From positions 65,431-129,430 of the forward strand of contig JAFQYG010000003.1 in the NCBI GenBank assembly GCA_017406565.1: a DNA stretch of 64,000 bases, in the 5' to 3' direction. This document shows, piece after piece, positions 58,993-64,000 of the stretch; position 1 is the first letter of the stretch; every line of letters starts with the position of its first letter. The translations under genes were made by a program, and so were the position numbers. The stretch comes from Candidatus Saccharimonadota bacterium (GTDB lineage Bacteria; Patescibacteriota; Saccharimonadia; Saccharimonadales; Saccharimonadaceae). Below the pieces are notes generated by a model. The model saw only the letters and a program-made list of their open reading frames with translations. It was not told the DNA's origin and searched no databases.

Positions 58993-60231
58993 TTATTTAC
59001 TAATCCTTTTTTGTTCGTTTTTGATTACGGAATTAATAATTGAAGCTGCTTCGTGGATTTGTTCTTCATTATTCATTTCACCAAAAGTGATTCTTAGTGA
59101 CCCAGTAATTTGTTCTTCTGTCAATCCAATTGCTTTTAGTACATGTGATTTTTCACCTTTAGATGCTGCACAGGCTGCACCAGTTGCCACATATACGCCC
59201 TCTTCTTCAAGCAGAAATATCAATCTTTCTGCATCCAAACCCGGGAAGCTTACCACTACGAAATTATCCAAGCAATGCTTTTTATTAATTAATTCATAAC
59301 CACTAAGTTCTGATAGTAGTATCTTACGCCAAGATGCATATTTTTTGCGATTTCCATTTAAATGCTCTTTGGCAAGTTCTATAGCTTTCGCAAACCCAAT
59401 CACGCCAGGCACATTTTCCGTACCCGAGCGTAAGCCCTTCTCCTGTCCGCCGCCCAAAGTCAAGGGTTTTAGTTTTGCGTCATGTGAAACATACAGAGCT
59501 CCCACACCTTTCGGCCCATAGACTTTTGCTGCATTTAAAGTTAAAAGGTCCACTCCAAGTCTAGCCACGTTTATATCCAGTAGATTTAAAGCTTGCGAAG
59601 CATCGGAATGAAGTAATAATTGTGTTTTTATCCCTCTTTTCATTCGGTCGATTTTGATTTCGCGAATAATACTAGCAATTTCTGCCATAGGTTGGATTGT
59701 ACCGAGCTCGTTATTAGCTAAAGATACCGAAATCATTTGCGTATCATCGGTAATTTTTGCTTTCAAATCATCCAAATCAATTAGCCCATTAGATAAAACC
59801 TTCACCGCTTGACCACCGTAACTATCTGCTACCGCTCTGACCGATTCATGTTCCGTTTCCAAGTACAATAGACGCGAAGGATGCCCTCGTTCGAGGAGCA
59901 TATTTTCCGACGTGGAAAATACGGAGCGACCGAGCCCCGTAACGACGGGCGCGAGGGAGCGTTCCGAGAACGATGGGCAACTTCGTGTCTGTATAGCTGT
60001 AAACGCAAGATTATTCGCTTCTGTCGCTCCAGCCGTTATCACGAGATCTGATGCTTTAGCACCTACCGCATGTGCAATCACACCCTTAGCGTTTTCGTAA
60101 TCAGCTGCTACTTTTTTAGCCGGCAAATAAGCTGCAGAAGGATTAAAGAAATCAACCGAAAAATACGGCCTCATCGCCTCTAAAACTTTATCAGAAACTG
60201 GCGTAGCCGCCGCATGGTCAAGGTAAATCAT
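58993..60231 (-). CDS. iscS: Cysteine desulfurase IscS/NifS with in-frame insertion
   Basis: IYLDHAAATP, TAGATEANN, HSDASQA, AAKVYGPKGVG, RSGTENV, TGAACA motifs. Confidence 0.95.
   Translation of the reverse strand: MIYLDHAAATPVSDKVLEAMRPYFSVDFFNPSAAYLPAKKVAADYENAKGVIAHAVGAKASDLVITAGATEANNLAFTAIQTRSCPSFSERSLAPVVTGLGRSVFSTSENMLLERGHPSRLLYLETEHESVRAVADSYGGQAVKVLSNGLIDLDDLKAKITDDTQMISVSLANNELGTIQPMAEIASIIREIKIDRMKRGIKTQLLLHSDASQALNLLDINVARLGVDLLTLNAAKVYGPKGVGALYVSHDAKLKPLTLGGGQEKGLRSGTENVPGVIGFAKAIELAKEHLNGNRKKYASWRKILLSELSGYELINKKHCLDNFVVVSFPGLDAERLIFLLEEEGVYVATGAACAASKGEKSHVLKAIGLTEEQITGSLRITFGEMNNEEQIHEAASIINSVIKNEQKRISK
59870..59990 (+). repeat. Palindromic in-frame insertion element in iscS (type A, antisense)
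   Basis: 78-nt core 59891-59968; arms AGAC.CGAAG..TGCCC.TCGTTC / GAACGA.GGGCA.CTTCG.GTCT. Confidence 0.93.
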
Positions 60232-60249
60232 AAGAATATTATAACATAT

Positions 60250-60720
60250 TTATTCTTGTACGACAAATTTATGTTCTTCCCCATCAGCAGAGAGTACTAA
60301 TTCGCCCTTATCTTGATCGAGTTTGTAATCATATTCATTCTCGAGATCATATAACCACTTTGTTTCTATTTTTAGCTTTCCGTCTTCGATTGCCCAAATA
60401 AAATCATAATCGTTCTCGTGCGCATTGGTGGTTAGAGTCCCTTTACCAATCTCTGTAAAATCCCATACTACCCTATCAGTCATTACTGTCGCTTCACCCT
60501 CCTCAGGCCCACAATTAGAATCAGGGTAATTATCTGTACAGTTGCGTATAGGGACCTCATCTGCTAATACCCATTTACCCGCTGACACCAAGTATTCTCC
60601 ATCAGCTACGTCGGCTTTGCGTGTGAGATTAAGTATCAAAAAAACCGCGCCTGCGATTAGAGTAGCCAACCCCACTGCAAACACGGACATAAAAATGATT
60701 TTCTTTTTCTTATTATCCAT
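60250..60720 (-). CDS. Hypothetical membrane-anchored protein (lipocalin-like beta domain)
   Basis: KKKK + TM; GKWVL...WDFTEIGKG.L...WAIEDGKL. Confidence 0.7.
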   Translation of the reverse strand: MDNKKKKIIFMSVFAVGLATLIAGAVFLILNLTRKADVADGEYLVSAGKWVLADEVPIRNCTDNYPDSNCGPEEGEATVMTDRVVWDFTEIGKGTLTTNAHENDYDFIWAIEDGKLKIETKWLYDLENEYDYKLDQDKGELVLSADGEEHKFVVQE

Positions 60721-60729
60721 ACCTCTATT

Positions 60730-61086
60730 TTAGCAATAGAGTTTTGTTTTGACAAGGTTCAGATAACCTTTAGCGGCTTTACGAAAATTATCCAATTCCT
60801 CGCCAGTGATTTTTTCATAATTACCACCAGCTGGTTTTTTGAATACACCAGTGGGACGAACCTCGTAACGCACAGTCATCTCTTCTAACTTACCAGCGTT
60901 ATTTACGAAACTTTCATGCCAAATCCATACATTACGGCGCGATTCAAAAAATTCTCGTCGATGTCCTTCTGGGATTGGACCAAACAAAGTCCTACCAAGT
61001 GCAGACTCAGCGTTGATCAAATCTTCATAGCTAAAACCATTGTTATAGCGTCCAGAACTAAAACCTAGCAATTTCGTAAGCGACAT
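60730..61086 (-). CDS. Conserved-looking hypothetical protein
   Basis: LINAESALGRTLFGPIPEGHRREFF...WIWHE; overlaps the upstream small ORF. Confidence 0.72.
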   Translation of the reverse strand: MSLTKLLGFSSGRYNNGFSYEDLINAESALGRTLFGPIPEGHRREFFESRRNVWIWHESFVNNAGKLEEMTVRYEVRPTGVFKKPAGGNYEKITGEELDNFRKAAKGYLNLVKTKLYC

Positions 61087-61205
61087 TCTTCAATCTCCTC
61101 TGCAATGGCATTTAACTCTTTGTACACTTCAAAAGTATCATTCGTAGCACCAAAATCATAGGTGTTACGATTTCCAAATGATGGTACAATAAACTCAGTA
61201 TTCAT
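61065..61205 (-). CDS. 46-aa small ORF absent from ORF track
   Basis: MNTEFIVPSFGNRNTYDFGATNDTFEVYKELNAIAEEIEECRLRNC*; TGCTATAAT 6 nt before ATG; fills the gap between tatD and the 60730 ORF. Confidence 0.6.
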   Translation of the reverse strand: MNTEFIVPSFGNRNTYDFGATNDTFEVYKELNAIAEEIEECRLRNC

Positions 61206-61236
61206 AATCTAATTATAGCACAAAAAGTTTAAAAAG

Positions 61237-62148
61237 TCAATGCTTATAATCAAAACTATTTAGTCTGTAAAGGTTTTCAACATTTTCAGAGGTAATAGCA
61301 GCAACTTCTTCCTGGGGCATATCAAGCTTCTCAGCTAACCATTTTGCGATATCAGCAATATAAGCCGGCTCATTAGTACTACCCCTGTGAGGAATCGGCG
61401 CCAAAAACGGCGCATCGGTCTCTAATAATATTCTTTCCAGGGGTGGAGTAGGTAAAGTCGAATAAGTCGCCAATCCATTTACGCCGACATAGAACTCTGT
61501 TTCATTCAAAATACGCTTCAGCACCTTTTTGCTATCTGTAAAAGAATGCACTACGCCACGAACCTTCGGGAAATTCTCTATAATAGGGAAAAAATCTGCA
61601 AATGCTTCTCTGATATGAAAAGACACCGGTAAGTCATTATCGACAGTCAATTGTAGCATCTGTTCGAACAATTTAATCTGTGCTTCTCGATTGTAGCCGT
61701 CATAATGGTAATCTAGGCCAACTTCTCCGATTGCTACAAGGCGAGAAAAAAGTCCTTTCTCGGAACGCTCCCTCGCGCCCTCGCCTAAGGGGCTCGGTCG
61801 CTCCGTATTTTTCACGTCGGAAAATATGCTCCTCGAAAGGACATTTTCTTCTCGCCCTGTTTCCTCTGGATGAATACCATACGTCCAATACACTCCATCA
61901 TGGGTCATTGCGAAATCTCGTGCCACCAAAGAATCTTCTGGATCTGTCCCGATACAAATAATTTTCTCAACTCCCGCTTCATGTGCTCGTTTTACGCAGG
62001 CTTCAGCTTCCTCAGCGCTAAAGAATTGTGGGTCATGTAAATGACAATGGCTATCAATAAGAATCGGGAAACCCTCTTTTGAGGACCGTAAGCTCGGCCG
62101 AACGGCCTTGAGTGTGTCCGAGGAAGAGGGCTTTTGATCCTCAGGCAT
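61237..62148 (-). CDS. tatD: TatD family hydrolase with two palindromic insertions
   Basis: IDSHCHL, GIHP, AIGEVGLDY, FHIREA, GVVHSF, LETDAPFLAP motifs. Confidence 0.95.
   Translation of the reverse strand: MPEDQKPSSSDTLKAVRPSLRSSKEGFPILIDSHCHLHDPQFFSAEEAEACVKRAHEAGVEKIICIGTDPEDSLVARDFAMTHDGVYWTYGIHPEETGREENVLSRSIFSDVKNTERPSPLGEGARERSEKGLFSRLVAIGEVGLDYHYDGYNREAQIKLFEQMLQLTVDNDLPVSFHIREAFADFFPIIENFPKVRGVVHSFTDSKKVLKRILNETEFYVGVNGLATYSTLPTPPLERILLETDAPFLAPIPHRGSTNEPAYIADIAKWLAEKLDMPQEEVAAITSENVENLYRLNSFDYKH
61740..61856 (-). repeat. Palindromic in-frame insertion element in tatD (type A, sense)
   Basis: 78-nt core 61759-61836 is the reverse complement of the trmD core with few changes; arms GCGAGAA..AAAGTCCTTTC / GAAAGGAC.TTT..TTCTCGC. 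Confidence 0.93.
62063..62138 (+). repeat. Short palindromic element forming the tatD N-terminal extension (type D, antisense)
   Basis: CCCTCTTTT-GA-GGAC ... GTCC-GA-GGAAGAGGG enclosing GGCCG-AA-CGGCC; same tandem GA signature. Confidence 0.7.
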
Positions 62149-63958
62149 TACGATTTTCTCGCTTCCTTTTAATTGGATCCAGTTGACGCTTACGAAGACG
62201 CAACGATTTAGGGGTTACTTCTAACAATTCATCATCTAGTAAGAAATCCAAACACTGTTCTAGAGAAAGCTGTGTATAAGGTGTTAGCTGAATTGCACCA
62301 TCTGATGCGTGTGTGCGCATATTGGTGAGTTGTTTTTCACGGCAGATATTAATATCAATATCATCCTTTTTATTGGACAACCCCACAATCATACCTTGAT
62401 ATACTGAAACTCCAGGCGGAATAAAAAGCGTCCCACGAGCCTGCGCCGAATCAAGGGCATAGGCCGTAGAAACTCCATTTTCAAACGCAATCAATGCTCC
62501 GTTTCGTTCGGGTTTGTAGCGTCCCTCTACTGGACGATATCCAGATGGGATAGATGACATAATTACTGTACCTTTAGTTGCGGTTAATAAATTATTACGT
62601 AACCCAATCAGCGCCGCAGTCGATATTTCATATACGAATCTAGTTGATCCAGATGCGGTAATATCTTGAGTTTTGAGCTCCGCTTTGCGTATACCAAGTT
62701 CCTGCGACACTGCTCCTACATATTCACTTTCAACCTCAATCGTAAGATCTTCAATCGGCTCACATTTTACACCGTCAATTTCACGATATACTACTTCAGG
62801 ACGTCCTGCTTCTAACTCGTAACCTTCGCGGCGCATCGTTTCAATCAAAACCGACAAATGTAATTCTCCGCGTCCAGATACTTTATAGCCTAATCCATCA
62901 GGCTTAATTTTGAGTGCAATATTAGTTTCTAATTCTCGCTCTAGCCTCTCCGCAATTTGTCGTGAAGTCGTATAATCACCTTCACGTCCCTTCAGCGGTG
63001 AAGTATTTGGCCCAATATAAATCGATAGAGTCGGCGCTTCAAGTTCAATTCCAGGCAAAGCTTCGGGGTTATCGCCAGTTGCAATCGTATCTCCAATATT
63101 GGCTTCTGCCACTCCCGTAATTGCTACAATATCACCTGCCGACGCTTCTGACACTTCCTCTTTGCCTAGACCTTTATAGATAAACAAATTATCAATCTTA
63201 CTGTTTTTTATAGAATTATCATGTAGTATTTTTACGCTTTGACCTTTTTTCAGTTTTCCTCTAAAAATCTTGCCGATGCAATATTTACCAAGATAATTAT
63301 CTCCAGCTAGTGCTGCGACTAAAAGTTGTGCAGAATCCGAATCGGAATCTACCGATGGTGCCGGAATATCGTTAATGATCGACTCAAAAATCACATGTAA
63401 GTCATTGTCGAGCTCAGTGGTTTTACCCGCCTTCCCTTCACGCGCGATAGAATAATACACCGGATAAAATAGCTGTGACTCATCCGTTGCTAATTCCAAA
63501 AACAAACTTTCAATTTCACTTAAAACTTCAGGAATCCTTGCTGCCGGCTTATCGATTTTATTGATTATTACTACAGGCTTCAATCCCAACGCCAAAGCCT
63601 TAGACAAAACAAACTTGGTTTGTGGCATCGGTCCCTCTTGTGCGTCCACGATCAAAAGCACCCCGTCCGCCATATTCAAAGTTCTTTCTACTTCACCCGA
63701 AAAATCTGCGTGTCCCGGTGTATCAATGATATTAATTTTATAGCCGTCATAATACACGCAAGTCTGCTTAGCAGTGATTGTAATTCCCCGCTCGTGTTCC
63801 TGATCCATCGAATCCATGATGAGAGTTTGGCTCATCTCGGCTTGATTGTCACGAAAAGTATGTGATTGCTTCAAAAGCCCATCGACCAGCGTAGTTTTAC
63901 CATGGTCGACGTGTGCAATAATTGCCACATTCCGGATCCTGTCTTTTTCAAAAGTCAT
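62141..63958 (-). CDS. typA: Translational GTPase TypA/BipA
   Basis: [60 protein letters not shown] motifs; start moved to MTFEK. Confidence 0.98.
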   Translation of the reverse strand: MTFEKDRIRNVAIIAHVDHGKTTLVDGLLKQSHTFRDNQAEMSQTLIMDSMDQEHERGITITAKQTCVYYDGYKINIIDTPGHADFSGEVERTLNMADGVLLIVDAQEGPMPQTKFVLSKALALGLKPVVIINKIDKPAARIPEVLSEIESLFLELATDESQLFYPVYYSIAREGKAGKTTELDNDLHVIFESIINDIPAPSVDSDSDSAQLLVAALAGDNYLGKYCIGKIFRGKLKKGQSVKILHDNSIKNSKIDNLFIYKGLGKEEVSEASAGDIVAITGVAEANIGDTIATGDNPEALPGIELEAPTLSIYIGPNTSPLKGREGDYTTSRQIAERLERELETNIALKIKPDGLGYKVSGRGELHLSVLIETMRREGYELEAGRPEVVYREIDGVKCEPIEDLTIEVESEYVGAVSQELGIRKAELKTQDITASGSTRFVYEISTAALIGLRNNLLTATKGTVIMSSIPSGYRPVEGRYKPERNGALIAFENGVSTAYALDSAQARGTLFIPPGVSVYQGMIVGLSNKKDDIDINICREKQLTNMRTHASDGAIQLTPYTQLSLEQCLDFLLDDELLEVTPKSLRLRKRQLDPIKRKRENRNA

Positions 63959-64000
63959 AAGTGCTATTATAATATAAAACCTCCTAAAAAACAAGAGTAT

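Overview
Bacterial chromosomal window, standard genetic code, low GC, most genes on the minus strand. Gene content (short AlaS and UvrC, L31 with a basic tail, baseplateJ-like protein near an FtsA-like ATPase, many small orphan membrane proteins) suggests Saccharibacteria (TM7/CPR); this is inference. It holds about 65 CDS (uvrB, lysS, greA, rseP, uppS, frr, rpsB-tsf, uvrC, eno, a gap-rpiB-rpe-pfkB-LOG operon, rpsL-rpsG, tig, recG, trmD, obgE, ruvX-mltG, alaS, mnmA, iscS, tatD, typA) and two tRNA-Leu genes. No rRNA, CRISPR, integrase, transposase or reverse transcriptase is recognisable. Main finding: a family of GC-rich 75-125 bp palindromic elements inserted in frame in seven conserved enzyme genes (uvrB, trmD, obgE x2, a pseudouridine synthase, mnmA, iscS, tatD x2). 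They are read in both orientations and share conserved structured cores, covarying inner hairpins, a tandem GA/GA mismatch signature, and outer stems that differ at each locus but still base-pair. They resemble Rickettsia palindromic elements but have a distinct architecture. Other findings: a promoter- and terminator-bounded ~140 nt ncRNA candidate after trmD; a modular surface-protein family (FISUMP, BspA/DUF285, InlB-B repeats) with DGR-like hypervariable C-termini, including a paralog fragment at 1-261 missing from the ORF track; pervasive leaderless promoters; a 1.2 kb cassette flanked by direct repeats beside tRNA-Leu; an RuvX-MltG fusion; and a 46-aa ORF missing from the ORF track.
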